A DNA stretch of 64,000 nucleotides, from the NCBI RefSeq assembly GCF_026571515.1, contig NW_026860435.1, forward strand, positions 1 through 64,000, read 5' to 3'. Of the stretch, positions 24,650-39,900 are shown one piece after another (within the stretch, counting starts at the first letter, position 1; each line of letters starts with the position of its first letter). The notes below the pieces were generated by a model. It had not been told where the DNA came from, made no database searches, and saw nothing but the letters and a program-made list of their open reading frames with translations. The DNA comes from Ruditapes philippinarum (Eukaryota). A program made the position numbers and the translations under genes.

Positions 24650-27600
24650 TTAGTTCCCAGGATAATCTTCAGGATTGCAAATCTTGTATTTCTCTTGGCA
24701 TTCTCCGTGATAACAATACTGAAATAAGAAATTCAAATGTTTTATTCATGCATTACTAAACAGTTGGTGGTCTTTAAATGGAACATACAATTACCATAGA
24801 CATGTATTTATTGTGACATGAACTCCTCAAAACTGGATGGTACGAATGTCTATCAGTACCAAATGATATAACATAAACTATTGGAAAGGCGTTATTACAC
24901 AAACCGTAAGGCGTAATTACGCGAAAAACACAATGTAACGTGAATAATTAGAGGTTAATACTTGGTTGCTGTTCGCCATTATGCGATAATGGCCCGAAGA
25001 TGTGCATAATGTACATCAGATCTTTCCACAATGTTGAGAATGATTGCTGGCGGCATCCATTTTTTGCGTATCAAATTGAAGCTAATTCATCGCATTTTAA
25101 GCTTAAAATCACTAGAATCAGTCTACAAAAATTGTTATACGCATGCTCCGCTTCAAAATACGACTTGACATAAACAAAAAATAAGTAAATCGGTACAAGG
25201 AAAATAAAACAATATCATTTACGTTACTTAACACTACGAGCACTCATGGTTTATTCCGTTTTTAATCCTTTAAACATAATTGTTTTCTGAATAGCGTTTT
25301 ACTATTCAATGTTCAAAAAAAAAAGTAACAGTGAACACTATAGCTGCAATATCATCATGCAGTATTATATGTCCGAGTGAACACTGTACCAAAAATTTAC
25401 TGCTCCTTAAACTTTTGAACCGGTATGGCTAAATTACGCAACGGAGATTTTTTTGCGTAAATGGCGCAAATGGCACACATTTTTCTCAAGTTTCGTTTTC
25501 TTGAAATTTCGTGGTTGGAGGCATGCAGCTGTTAATATTGTTTTTCCAATAAAATGATATATACATTTTTTATGTAAATCTGGAACTTATAAGTGTTTGC
25601 TTGACATACTTTATGTACGTTTTGGAAAATCTCTGGTGCCTTTACACAAAAATATCTTCAAATATTTTCGAAATAAACAAATCTTCAACAGCTGCAAAAA
25701 GACCTCTCGCATGCTTCCTTTTAAAGAAGCAAACTTGTGATACAATTATAGCCCAAAGATGTTCATTATGGCTTAAATGCCTATGCCGGATCGCAATGAC
25801 AAACAGCGTTTAGACTTTGCCACTAAATCTTGGTTGTCGCTCTTGATAAGAAACGGGCAGTTGACAATGTAAACAAACATCTTTGTTATATTTACATATA
25901 TTTATTAACATTGTCTTATACTTTATTCAGATTTATCAGATTATGTTTGCTGAAATTGCTTTTTTAAAGCTCTACCGTCAATATGAAGTAATTTAAAGAT
26001 TTCTGCAGGTCACTTTTTAAGCCACAGTATTTTGATATGTGTTTATAATAATAATAAAAATAATAATGATAATAATAATAATAATAAAGGCCTTCAATAA
26101 AGTTAAACATAAACATAATAATGGACATAATTGTAAGCAATATTACAAGGATTACAACATTCAGTAAATCTTAATCAACAAAGAAGACAAACATAATATT
26201 ATATGATAGTATAGGTAAATTTTCTATTATTCATCTTTAGATAATAATAAATGTTTAAAATGTGCTTAAAGACTTGAAAGATTTCTTATTTTTAAAGGAA
26301 TAGTGTTCCATAACTCCATACTAGAATATAAAAAAGTACGTTTCAAATAATTTGTTTTAGGTCGTTTATGCATAATGTCTCTTTTTTATGTGTTGATTGA
26401 GATAGCGGAATTAGATAAGAAATATATGCTGGCGTTAATTCATTCATCGCTTTAAATACGATAATTCCAGAAAAATTAATATCTCGATGGAAAAGATAAC
26501 CATTTCATATTTTGAAACATTTGAGAGAATTTGTTTTTACGGTTTTTTTTAAAAATAATTTGAAATAATTCTGGCGGTTCTTCTTTTTTTTTGCAATTTT
26601 GTTATTCTATTTAGATCTGATTTGTTACATTGGGACCAAATAAGACATCCATAATCAGAAGTAGGGGTTATGTAGCGTTATAAAATAAATGTTTCATTTC
26701 AGGTGTAAGAAATACAATATAAACTTATAAATATGTTTGAAAGCGCCATTTGTTTCGCGTAATTAGTCTAGCATTCTATTCACCGTATTCGCCTTTGTAT
26801 TTTAGAATTTTCATTTCTTTATTTTATTTTATTTGGTTTTTGTACAATGGTCATTTAAGAGACACATTACAAAGAAAGAACGTGGATAAAACAAAACATA
26901 GTTATCAATTTTAAATGAAAGAAAAGTCAGCAAGATTAACATAGTATCTAGGAATGACCATCCAAAAAATATATTTATATTTATACTACATTTATAAATT
27001 AACAATAAAGCAAACAACTGTTTCACAATCTGTAAAACCTGTGAAATGTTTTACAATTACCTTATTCTTGTAAAAATGAAAAGAAAACCTTCATAAATGC
27101 ACTGCAAGCCGAACATATAGATAATACGTATAAACATCTTGATTTCCCAATTAAATTTGACGATACAAACATTTATTATAATTGTGGATTCCGCTAAGTT
27201 CAATAAAGGAATCATTTACAGTCACTTGGTACAAAGACTTATAAAGATTTAACTATGAGCACTGAAAGTTTCTCAAAGAAATTTTAAAGCAGTATAATTT
27301 ACCTTATCTCCCATAGTTCCATCTTCATCTAAACATCTGGTACCATCAAAAACATCCTGTACCCCGTACGAATTTTCACAATCTCCTTCATTGGAACATT
27401 GAAATAGTCTAACATAAGACCCATCCTTTAACTCGAGTCTACATCGATTGTAATCAACATATCCCTCCAGTAACTTATCATTTCCCTGTAAATATATGTA
27501 TAATATAGTGAAATGTGTTTTAATGGAAGCATCATCCGATAAAAAAAATTATCATAGTCACTGCTGCTGCTGCTGCTGCTGCTACTACTATTACTCCCCT

Positions 27601-27886
27601 ACCACTACTACTACTCAAATTACTATTGTTGTTGTTATTGTTATTGTTGGCTGTTGCTGCTGCTGCTGCTGTCACTACCACTACTATAACTGCTACTACT
27701 TCTACTGCTACTAGCACTACATCTGTAAATATATGTATAATATAGTGAAATGTGTTTTAATTGAAGCATCTTCCGATAAAGATATTATCATAATCACTTT
27801 TGCTGCTGCTGCTGCTACTAGTACTACCCTACCACTACTACTACTCAAATTACTATTGTTGTTGTTATTGTTATTGTTATTGTTGG

Positions 27887-27926
<40 letters not shown>

Positions 27927-30900
27927 CACTACTATAACTGCTACTACTTCTACTGCTACTAGCACTACATCTACCACCACCACCACCACCACCACCACCA
28001 CTACCACTACCACTACTACTACTACTACTACAATAACTGCTACTACTTCTACTGCTACTAGCACTACATCTACTGCATCACTACCACCACCACTACCACT
28101 ACTACTACTACTACCACTACAATAACTACTACTACTACTACAGCTACTAGCACTACATCTACCATCACCACCACCACCACCACTACCACTACTACAACAA
28201 CAACTACTACTACTACTCCAGCTTCTATTTTTGTTGTTATTGTTGATGTTGGCTGCTGCTGCTGCCACTACCTCTACAACTACCACTAATACTGCTACTA
28301 GAACTACTATTGTTGTTGTTATTGTTGATATTGGCTGCTGCTACTGATACTGCTACTGCTGCTGCCACTACCACCACAACCACTACTACTGCTACTACTA
28401 CGACTACCACAACTACAATTGTTGTTATTATTGTTGATGTTGTTAATTCTATTATCAAATATTTAACACATCTTTGATTAAAATTTCTTTCACTTCTGCA
28501 GAATATAAGAATGGAATGGTCATTTCAGCACGCTTTACAGATAGATCATAAGGCGACCAGCAAGATTTATGGGTATAAGAAGATATCTGTCGACGCTTTC
28601 AGTGAGCCAACCTGAATACTTTCCTCAAGGGAGAGGTTCAAATGTACCTGTCTGACGGACGTCTAATATGAATTACATATAAAATAGCGACTATCTTTAA
28701 ATATCAACTTAAACAAGGTAGAAAAGATATTAATGAAATGATATAAGGATAAACTTACAGACGAGCAGACGGAACTGTTCATGCCAAAGAAGATTTTACA
28801 CTGGTCGTCTGGTCCATATTTTGTTCCGGGTAAACCTTGACAGAACTGATTTAAAAATTCTTTTCTAGTAGGTCTGTTAGTGTACAGGCACGTTGCAAGG
28901 TCTTCACTATTGAATCTATAAATAAAGTATTTGTATTCAACCAAAGTGTCATGCTTTCTTACTGGATTTCAGGTACATTGTAAAGTAAGATATGTAAATA
29001 TTTACAATAATAATGTACTTTTATAAATATACTGCATGTCATAAAAGACGGCTTTTATTGCACCAACCATGACTATTTATGTAATTTACTTTACTTTTTA
29101 CACACAAAAAATGCAATTGTGCAGAATATAGATGACATGTTGTACTCACTGGGACAAGTAAGATGAAATGTAGTCTGCCGAACACTCAGAGAATGTTCCA
29201 AAGTTCTGATATGGAAAGTTGTCGAGGGGCGGAAACAAAGAAGGATACATGACGAAGAATTGAGAACATTCTCCAGTGGTATCAATATCAGTATCGTGGG
29301 GAGCACCCAAACTAGAAACGACAAAAGACGATTTGCATTAGAATCTTAAACACAATAATATAAAAATTACTTCGGCGAAATTCAGTCAAATAAATGTCAA
29401 TTCAATCAAATAAATATTAATTTTAGAAGTCAGTACGTTTCTTTAAAATGTAAGCCATAATACAGTTTAAAAATAACATATGGTATTAATTTGATATTAA
29501 TTTGAATCAACCTAATTCGTGAATAGAGAATTCGTTACTAATTTGCGATTTGAGATTGACGTAATTCGGGAATTAAGTATGGCCTAAATCATGAATAAAG
29601 TATGGCCTAATGCGTTAAAGTTCGTATTTGTTCAACAATAACGTATGACCATCTTTGCAGTGAAACTTGCAACCTAATTTGTAAGTTACATTATCTACGT
29701 CATTAGTTACGTAATCAGTGATTGATAAGTTACCTATAAAGCTCGTCGCTTACCTGTGTCCCATTTCGTGAGTTAAAATCCTTGATACAGATGGAGAGAA
29801 CATCTCACTAATTGAATATCGCAAGTCATATGGTAGTGCGGAGAAATCATCACACATAGTTGCAAGAGACGGTACAAAACCTTTAACGAAGGAACTTACA
29901 TATTTGAACCGACACAACATTTGTAAAGAAAAAAATGATTACTTACCATGTGCAGAAGAACATTCCAAAATACATGAAATAAGTACAAGAAAACAGTTTG
30001 TCGTATTTTACCAAATGCGAGAATCCTTTCAATACACCTCATAAGATCAGGATAAAGATGCATATGGCCTTTCATTGTAAAATGATTGCGCATAGCAGTG
30101 TTAATTTTTCGCACCTTTGGCTTGGTCTTCTGGTTAAGTACCGATCGTTTACGTTCTTATTTTTACAAACTAATAGATTGCAATGGTTTCAAATTATTAT
30201 ACAATGATTAAGTGTTAGAACATAAATACATTGTAAATATTCATCTATCTATGAATCGGTGTTATGTTTTTTTCAATTAAATTGTGTGTTGAGAAAACAG
30301 AGAGTTTAAGTGAAAATGGTGGACTAGTAAAGCATCTTACCTATGACACTGCTAAATATCTGTTCGTTTACAACATTTCCATTGGAATCAAGGAAGTAGT
30401 ATATAAATACTATATCGTAACTGAAAATATTTTAACACTTCTGGTAAAATTCTGCATTTATCACATTTCAGTGCCACTTTTCATATGGCACGGTTATGTA
30501 TTAAGTATGCAAATTATTTATGATAAGAAATATGTATTTGAAGTTTGAGGTAGATACCTTTAAAACTAAAGAAGTTATAGTAAAAATAACATTTTTCAAA
30601 AACAAAAAACTAATAGAATCAAGATAATTCTTGCAATATTGGTGCTATAGATATAAACATTGTCACATACGATGTAGTTAATGATAAGGAACATATATTT
30701 GAATTATCAAGTTATCCCCATAAGAAATAAAGAAGTAACAGTAAAAAATGATATTTATTTTTAGGAAAATTCTTAGTTCAAGGGGAGTTAAATCTTAAAA
30801 TATTGGTGCTAGACTTATGAACCTTATCACCTAAGATGAGGTTGATGTCAAAGAACATATATTTGAAGTGTGAAGCTTAACCCTTTAGAAATAAAGAAGT

Positions 30901-33900
30901 AACAGTAAAAATAAATATTTTTTAAGGAAAATTCTAAGTTCAAGGGGAGATAAATCTGAAAATATTGGTGCTAAAGTTATCAACTATGTCACATAAGATG
31001 TGGTTTCATGACAAGGAACATATAATCGCCGTATGAAGTTGATCCCTTAAGAAGTAAATAATTGACGGTAAAAAAAAATATTTTTAAGTAAATTTCTAAG
31101 TTGAAGGGGAGATAAATCTAAAAATATTGGTGCTAGAAGTATGAACCTTGTCACATAAGATGTGGTTGATGATAAGAACATTTTTTTTAAGTTTGAAGTT
31201 GATACCTTAAGAAATAAAAAAGTTATAATGAAAAATATTTTACTGCACCAACACTTTAATCTGAAATCTGGACGCGGACGCCGACTCCGACGCCGGGGCG
31301 AGTAGGACAGCTCTCCATATACTTCGTATAGTCGAGCTCAAAATCATCCAAATGGAAATTAAATTGTCGTGTTTCAACAGTTGCTACATATCACCTAACA
31401 CCTGCTGATGAGTAAGTTAAAGTTCTGGAGAGAACCTTCTAGGGTAACAAAAACAAATATGTATAAATGTACACTTGAAAGTAATGTTTCATTTCTTCTA
31501 TATATGGTATCGAAAGGTCGAATCAGTTTACCTATCAATATTTAAAGATATACAGTTGAGTTCACACTAAAGGTTACACAAAGTGCACTAGGAGTGCACT
31601 AGATGTGCACTACTAGTGCACTTCAAAGTGAACTAGTAGTACACAACTAGTGCACTTCATAAGTGCACTTTGTAGTGCACCAGACCTATAATAATTGTAT
31701 TAAGCAGTTACCTTTTTATTTCAATGAATAGCAATTTGACTTTTACAGAAAGATAGATCAATATAGATATCTGTATAATAGTTTTTCACATGAGAAATTT
31801 GAAGTTTTGTAAAATATGGCGTAAAATATTAGAACAATAAGTTTTCAAAGTCATTAATTTTGCAGATTTTGTATTTTAAAACTTAATTGTTAGATTAAGT
31901 AAATATAAATAATAATTATAACTTTAATGTTGATAAGGGCATAAAAAATCAATTGATATTAAATATGATTCTATTTTATTATAATCTTGTAATGAAATAT
32001 GAAACATTGAAATGCTAATTAAACAAAATTCAGTCATTTTTTTTATTATTATTTTTTTGGGGGGGGGGGGGCAAATTATATCAATTACTTATTTTTAATC
32101 TTAACTTATGGTTGTTTTAATTAAAGGTAATGATTTTAAGCATTAGTAGCCTTTAATACATTAAAGAATTAATATGTTTATAATTGGCCTAAATTTTGTC
32201 AATTTTATCTCATTTATAATCTCTCTTACCTTCTCAAACTGAGATTTACCTAATATTAATATAAAAGATATATATTATTCTGAAAATAATTTTTTTTATA
32301 TAATGGTGATATGTTTAGTATGGATATGTGTGGATTAAGTATTGATATGTACCTGTGGGACACTATTATACTTTAACTGACATGGATATTGACAAAAAGA
32401 TTAGAAAATCTTTCAATTCCATTTTTTGAGACAACATCTATCTTTTTTCTTTTTTTCATGCATTGTAACATAATTATGCAATATTATTACTTTTATGAGT
32501 TTATTATAAAATGCAAAAATATTTCAGTTTTCTTTTTGTAGTACTTGTAATTAAATTTATTTGCATCAACATCCAGAGAATACAGAATTTACATTGCCTA
32601 CTTATATTTATCATCTGCCTTTTGTTCTTTACCCTGAGGGGCTCTCTTATCAGCAGGGTACTATATTAAAACACCAATACACAGCATGACTTTTGACATT
32701 TTTATCTTCTGTTACTGTTTTCTGCTCATGTATGATATTTTATTGAAAAAACAAAACAAAAAACAAAAACAGATTTGCATTGAAGTGAAAAGGAAGTTGC
32801 AAAAGTTTTATCATCATGCATTTAAATATTTTCTTTAAAATATAGATCTCTTATCTTCTAAATGTGTTAAAACTGATAAGTAAAATTTGTCAAATCTATA
32901 ATAGAAAAAAAATAACATTTCCCAGTTCAGAAACTAAAAAGCTGCAAATTGTAATGCAGAATTGCAAGAAAATATGGATACATATTGATATGAGGTCTTT
33001 CTAGAATAGTAAACACTGATATTGATTTTAAACCATTTTTTATGATAAAATTAGAAAATTCCACCTCAAAGACAAAAATGACAATAATATCTAACATGCG
33101 TTTATGCCATTATGATTATTTTTTTACATTTGATTATACAAAAATTATAGTCTTACATGTATTTTGGAAAAAAAACAGGAAATTTTAAATAAATATTGCG
33201 TACATCTGCATTTTTTTAATTTACCCTAAGGCCCTCTTATCAGCAGGAGACCAGTGTAATGAAAACAGTCGCTGTCAGAAAAATACCAATGCACAGCATG
33301 ACTTGAGACTTTCCTCTCCCTTCATACATAAAATTTTTAATATAGAAATCTTGAATAAAGTTATCAATTTCATTTATTTCATGGAAAATTTTTAGTTATT
33401 TATATCTTTAAAAGTATCCAAGCATTTCATGGTTGAAAAAACATAATATCACAGTGTATGGATTGTTTTAAAATCAATGACTTGATATTCTCTTTCAATC
33501 TTGAACATGAATAATTGCCTCATTAGTTATAAATATATTATTATGCAGAATGGCAAGAAAAGTGGTTAAATGGATAAATATAGAAAATTCCGCTTTAGAG
33601 ACAATAATATCTAATATGCATTTATGCCATTATGATTTTTTTTGTATATTTGATTATACAAAAATTATGGTCATTTACCCAGGCTTCTGTCTAAACATGC
33701 ATTTTGAGAAAACCAGGGAATTTCAATGCATACTTAAAATCTGCAAAATTGACTGTTCTTTGTTATTTTCCCCCGAGGCTCCCTTGTCAGCAGGAGAGTA
33801 GTATAATGAAAAAAGTCCCTCTCAGAAAATACCAATACACAGCATGACTTGGGATTTTTCCTCTTTATTAAAAGTATTCCCTTTATACATTAAATTTTTA

Positions 33901-36900
33901 ATATTGAAATCATGAATAAAGTTATCAAATTTATTTATTTTATGGATAATTTTTTAATTATTTACATATGCAAGCATTACACAGTTGAATACTGAATTAT
34001 CACAGTATATTGGTTGTTTTAAAATCAATGTATTAATATTCTCTTTCATATTGAACATGACGAATTGTCTCTAAGTTAAATATTATAGAAAAAATATTTG
34101 AGCTTAAATATAAACCTTTCCTTGATTTTTTGAGCTTATGAAAAAAAAGTTTATGTTGTTACAAACTAAATTTATTCGGCCAGAATTATCACATTGATTT
34201 TCCCATTTGTACACTAGAAAAATTGAAATACACGGCCATTAAAAAAAGCTTCAAAAACACTTATTTAATTATCCATTACAGAGCATATTTAAATTTAACC
34301 TTTTTTAATTCTATAAATTTGATTTTAAGGGGTATTATTTTACACTTACAGTTAAATACTGGTTAGTAAAAATATGATTACAATAATTTTTTTTAATTTT
34401 AAGCTTTAACATAATATCACCTAAAATGTTAAAACTGCTGATTTTAAAATTTACTTATTTACATTCATGAATAGGCCATATATTCCCAAAGTTTTTTTTC
34501 TTATAGCAGCTTAACAATGGATGCCCCCTGTCACTTGATATGCAATTATCCAATAAACCATTTATGTGTCACCTTCCCTGGCCAGCTTGATCATATGGTC
34601 TAGTGCACTAGAAGTGCACACGGTGTGCACTTCTAGTTCAGCTCTAGTGCACTAGAAGTGCACAAGGGTGGGAAGTTTAGTGTGAACTCAACTGTACTAT
34701 GCTCAAATTTGATGTTAGAAAATAATGATAATTGCTACATAGTCTCTTTGTAAATATAAAATAAACCTGTTTTGACTTCACACAAATTTGATATGTTGGA
34801 AATTCTACACACTATAGGTGGGCTCAATATGAAAATATAGTGTCATTAAAAAAAACTGGCAGTTTTTTAAATGAAAGACCAACTTTACTTGATCTGTAAT
34901 AGGGAACGCAGCTTCCCGTACATAGTTTACTAACACTTTTGGTTCAATTAGATAAATTCAGTAAGAATTTCATAGATTTACATGAATTTCTATGATTAAA
35001 ATATTTTACTCAAGGTGGTCATAGTATATCTTTAACTTTTTATATTCAATAACATATGTCTGTTTATCGGATGATTAAAGAATAAAAGCGGGTTCAAGAC
35101 AAAATTTGAACACCGGAATGTGATAGCTGTATGGTGCATTAAACACATGGATTTAATTATTATAAATTAATTATTTCAATCTTAAGCGCAGCTAGTTAAA
35201 GTTAGCTTGTTTCAAATCTTTAGAAATAAGACATTTTTTCTAGAACCTGACCAATCAATACATGCAATATGAATATTTTTTTTCAAAAAAAAATCTGTAC
35301 AATTACGTCTACAAGTGATTGATTGATTTCATGTGAGTGATATTTGTTTTTATAAAACAGAGATAGAACTGCATTGATACTTTCCACGCCAACCGGCTGC
35401 TTGGAAATTCGCTCATAATTCTATCAGAATCATAGGTTTAAGTAGGTAAATAAATTACATTAATAATATATTAGTGTTTGCCTCATGTTTGAGTCATGAC
35501 ATTACAGCATGCTAGAAAGATAAGATGTACTTCCCATTCAAAAAGGTATCAAACACTTACTCTGTCAAGAAGGCTAAATGTTGAAAAGCACGTGTCGCAC
35601 CATATGTAGCACGCATGTAGGAGAGGAAATCCAAATTTAATCCAGTTTCGTAGAGAAAATTAGAATTTTGGTCATAATACTCTTCACTTGTCACCCAGTC
35701 ACCTTCAAGGTTGTCAGCTACTGGAGGTATGAGTTGAAAACTACCATCCTAAATTACATTACATGATTTATATTGACGACATATCTATATCATTCAAATG
35801 AGTTTTTTTATTTTTTATACGAGACAATATTTAAGTACATCATGTTTAGTTTAAAATAGACTTTCATGTTCCTTATAATACCACAATAATAGGATGAATC
35901 GCCCAATGGGCTTATAACACACTTACAATGACGTGAACAATATAAAAAGGTTGTACAGAAAAAAGGACTGAATGCTTTCCATTTTTAGCATTGATGAATT
36001 TTCCTCTGATTTAAAAAGAAGTTGATTTATAATTTAAATTTCACGTGTCATTCAGTAAACACAGAATTAAAATAATTTGTAAATAATGCAAATAGATTTA
36101 CCTACCTGAAACACTGGCATTTCAATATCAAAAGCTATTTGAAGATCAAGTTTGTATGATTTACCATCTACAGAAGTGTATTGTTTCTTCCAATCTCTTA
36201 GTGTTCTCATATTTATCGCCACCTTTGGGAATGATTTAGAACAATTTTATGATATTTACCTAGTTACACATTATCAAAATACAATAGTTGACATTTACAT
36301 CAAATCTTGCCTTTGATTCTTTATGAAGTCATTAATTTCTTTACAGAAGATAGTGTACCAGCCAACTTATAAAGATGGATACAAACGCCGAAAAAAGGGG
36401 GGAAATTCTTGGGTTTAACACTTTAACATAAGAAAATTGTATTTTTCAATTGAAGCAAGACAAAACTTGAAACAAAAGTCAATTTATGTAGTTAAAAATA
36501 CTTTATATTTGAATATCGAATGGTAATTGTCGATGTCTTTTAAACATTTGCCCTTCACAACACTTGTTGGTTTGAATCCATACAGAATCTTTGAATTATT
36601 ATTAGTGGGGAAAACTATAAGTATTACAAACGAAAGCTTTGTAGTTCTTTTCAGGTGCCCACACGTGCATACAATACTTGGTAATGCACAAAAGGACACA
36701 GAGGTCTACCTCACTTCGTAAAGTGGAGTGTTGCACTATGATTTTTCTTTATTTGTTTGCCCTTAAATGACATTCTGAGACATGAAGAAGAAATTAAAAT
36801 ATCTTAAGCAAACACAATTTAGTGTAACGTTTCACAATTTCATATCCATAATTGTACAACCGTCTCTTAATTAACATGCTACTAAACTGATTTAATAATC

Positions 36901-39900
36901 AATTGTCCACTCGGACTGTTATTGCATCCCATATTATATATTTTACATGATAACGTACGTAATATATTATTCAAATGTTACAAAATATCATAAATATCTT
37001 ACTTGATTGAAGATAAGTGTGACAAAACATTCTATTTCATCCAAAGTTGCCTGATAATTGCCACCAACAAAGTCATAAAACCTGGGAAAAAAGATGACCG
37101 TGTTATTTTATCTACATGATTTTCATTGTGAATTGAATTGATATGATTACATTCAGATGTCAGAAAGATACACAACAAGTAAGGCCTAATTATTGTTGTA
37201 ATGCATGTGCATTGCAAGACTATAGTAAATAATCTATGCTACGTTTGTGTTTAATTAAATTTACAGTACTGACCCGAAAGTACAGGTATTTTAGAAAGGT
37301 AAAGCATATCTCATTCTTCATATATAACACTCTCGAATCGGGGATCAAAATAACGTGTGCGATGTACTTACAGATCACCTATAGATCCACAAATAACAAC
37401 CTTGACATGTACAAAACCAGTATTTGTATTTGTATTAGGTACCAACAAGTCATCTTCGTTATTTGTGTTTGATTCTGAGTTACCTTTGCCATTCGCTTTC
37501 GCAGATTCCATAAGTTGATCTTAATTTCAATAAAACAAAGAAAATATAATCTCAAAAGGTCTATTTGCTCACTTTTATATCGTTATTCATGTTAATCTCA
37601 ATTCTTTGTTGTCTTATTTGATAAACTTATGAGAAACATAGAAATTTTATTCGTCCCTTTGATAATAACTTCTGCAAATTTTGTAGTACATAAACGTTAC
37701 CAAATGTTGCTTTTGCTGTCAATGTCTTGGTTTTTTCACGTCTGATAATATTCAGATCGGTGAAGTGAGTTTTATTTTATTTGTTGTTGTTGTTGTTTTC
37801 AATTCCATTAGTGACAAGCTCTACCCTGCTGTCGATGAAGACAAGTGTTAGCCAGCTCATAAATGTCTGTTTGTACCATACGAACACACTTCACTGAGTG
37901 TGTACATGCCAAGTATCTCGGTACCGCATCTTGTCAAACTTACTCTAAAAGTACTGCCAAAAGAGTAACTAATATCCACACATTTACTTTGAAGCAGGAT
38001 TTCATTGAGGTCCATGTATGATTTTTTTAAAATTTTAGCTAAGTTTTTTAAAAAAAAGTCTTTCAATAAGTATAGAAAAATGACACTCACAGAGAATTGT
38101 GAACCCCTTATAGAATAACGCCTCCTAAGATACAACCTATTGGTATCGGAGAAGAATATGGTATAGGAACACGTTCGTGAGTGCGTCCGTTCGTGTAACA
38201 TATTTTGTGACCTGAACTCTTATTCATTATTGAAAATGATTTATAGGGACTATTACTACTGATGCTTTAATTGTTTTGCAAACAAAAAATTGATTTTCTC
38301 CACTTTCTCGGAAGTTATGTCCAATTTTACCTTTTTAACATTTCAATTATATAGATAAATGTGCACATATACAAGCATATGAACCTTTGTGTTACATGTT
38401 TTTATATTGCCATAATGTCTAAAAATGACTTAAAATGACACAAATATCCCATATCCTACTAAGTCTCTACCCTACACCCGTTTCGAATTGACTAAATTGG
38501 GGGTCATTATTTTGTAAGGGGTGTCAATATTTAATAGAAAGGGGTCATAATCTTATTCACCTCTTCCAGTTATTTATAACAAGCTAATATTTGATTTCAA
38601 CAACTTCATATAACACAATACATTTTCCTCTTTCTTTTCTTCTGAGACACTTCATTCTTATCACTTTCTGTCACCTTCCTTTGATTTCACATTTTTGTGA
38701 GCTTTTTACCTAAACCTCAAGTTCGGTCTTGACTCATCATGGCCATTGATATGTCAAAATATGACTTGCACTTCCTACAAGTGTCCTTTTCCGTAAATTT
38801 AAGATTGTGTCAATGTGGACGTATCAACTTTTTTATCAAAACGTTTCTGTTAAAATATTTTAAGATAAATATATCAGACTTGTAGGCTTTCCTTCCTTGC
38901 TTTTATTCTTATTCATGATGTAGTTATAGATCAGTGCTTTTCTAATTCTAGGTGTTGAAGACGTAATTTCATTTATTTCAAAATTATGCTTTATTTCCAC
39001 TTACATACCGTTTGTTGAAAGCATTGATATTAATAGATATGTCGATATACCATCGATTGTTCAAAATGATGTACGGTTTCGGTGATTTTTTTATGTTTCT
39101 ATTGAGAAAGTTACCGAAATAGTATCAGAATTCAAAAAATATAAAATTAAGAAATGAGATACATTATTGCATCATAGCTATCCCTGTTTACATAAAATAT
39201 CAGCTTATAATTCTCTGTTACATTAAAGTAACCTGGAATCTATTGAAAAAAAACAACATATTATAAATCTCGCTACTAACCCTGAATGCCATGAAATAAA
39301 TTATTCACGACTTCACCACGTTCACCTGTGAACTCTAACATGGAGTTGTATTGACTTGAAAAGTAGGTATAGCCGTTATCTGTCTGATTGATACATTGCT
39401 GTAAATAATCGAAAGACAAAAATTAGGAATTGTCTTTTAAATACTTTGAAGCATTATATAACAAGACCACTGGGTAGCATTATAAAATAAGACCACTGGG
39501 TAGCATTATAAAATAAGACCGCTGGGTAGCATTATATAGCAAGACCGCTGTGTAGCATTATATAACAAGACCGCTGGGTAGCATTTTATAAAAAGACCGC
39601 TGAGGAGCATTTTATTACAAGACCGCTGGGTAGCATTATATAACAGACCGCTGGGTAGCATTATAAAACAAGAACGCTGGGTTGCATTATATAACAGACC
39701 GCTGGAAAGCATTATATAACAAGACCGCTGGGTAGCATTATATAACAAGACCGCTGGGAAGCATTATATAACAAGACCGCTGGGTAGCATTATAAAACAA
39801 GACCGCTGGAAAGCATTATATAACTAGACCGCTGGGTAGCATTATATAACACCCACCTATTACTATTACGTTCGCTGTATAAATATTTATAACAAGACTA

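Noticed and set aside
27496-28458. Poly-Ala/Thr/Val/Cys ORFs suggesting a mucin-like protein
   Set aside because: Trinucleotide microsatellite open in several frames on both strands, inside a metalloprotease intron.
31402-34929. Alternative phase 2-1 exon candidates for metalloprotease exon 9 (34929-34880, 34804-34767, 31424-31402)
   Set aside because: All have weak splice signals; 30420-30341 has TTTTCAG/GTAAGA ends and supplies the expected TDYDI...SVIG motif.
39009-39098. Possible extra metalloprotease exon with a GTATGT donor
   Set aside because: Its full-length open frame is phase 2-2, which does not fit the flanking phase-1 junction.
39450-39850. 26-bp array as CRISPR, and ORF 39506-39748
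   Set aside because: Head-to-tail minisatellite with no spacers.
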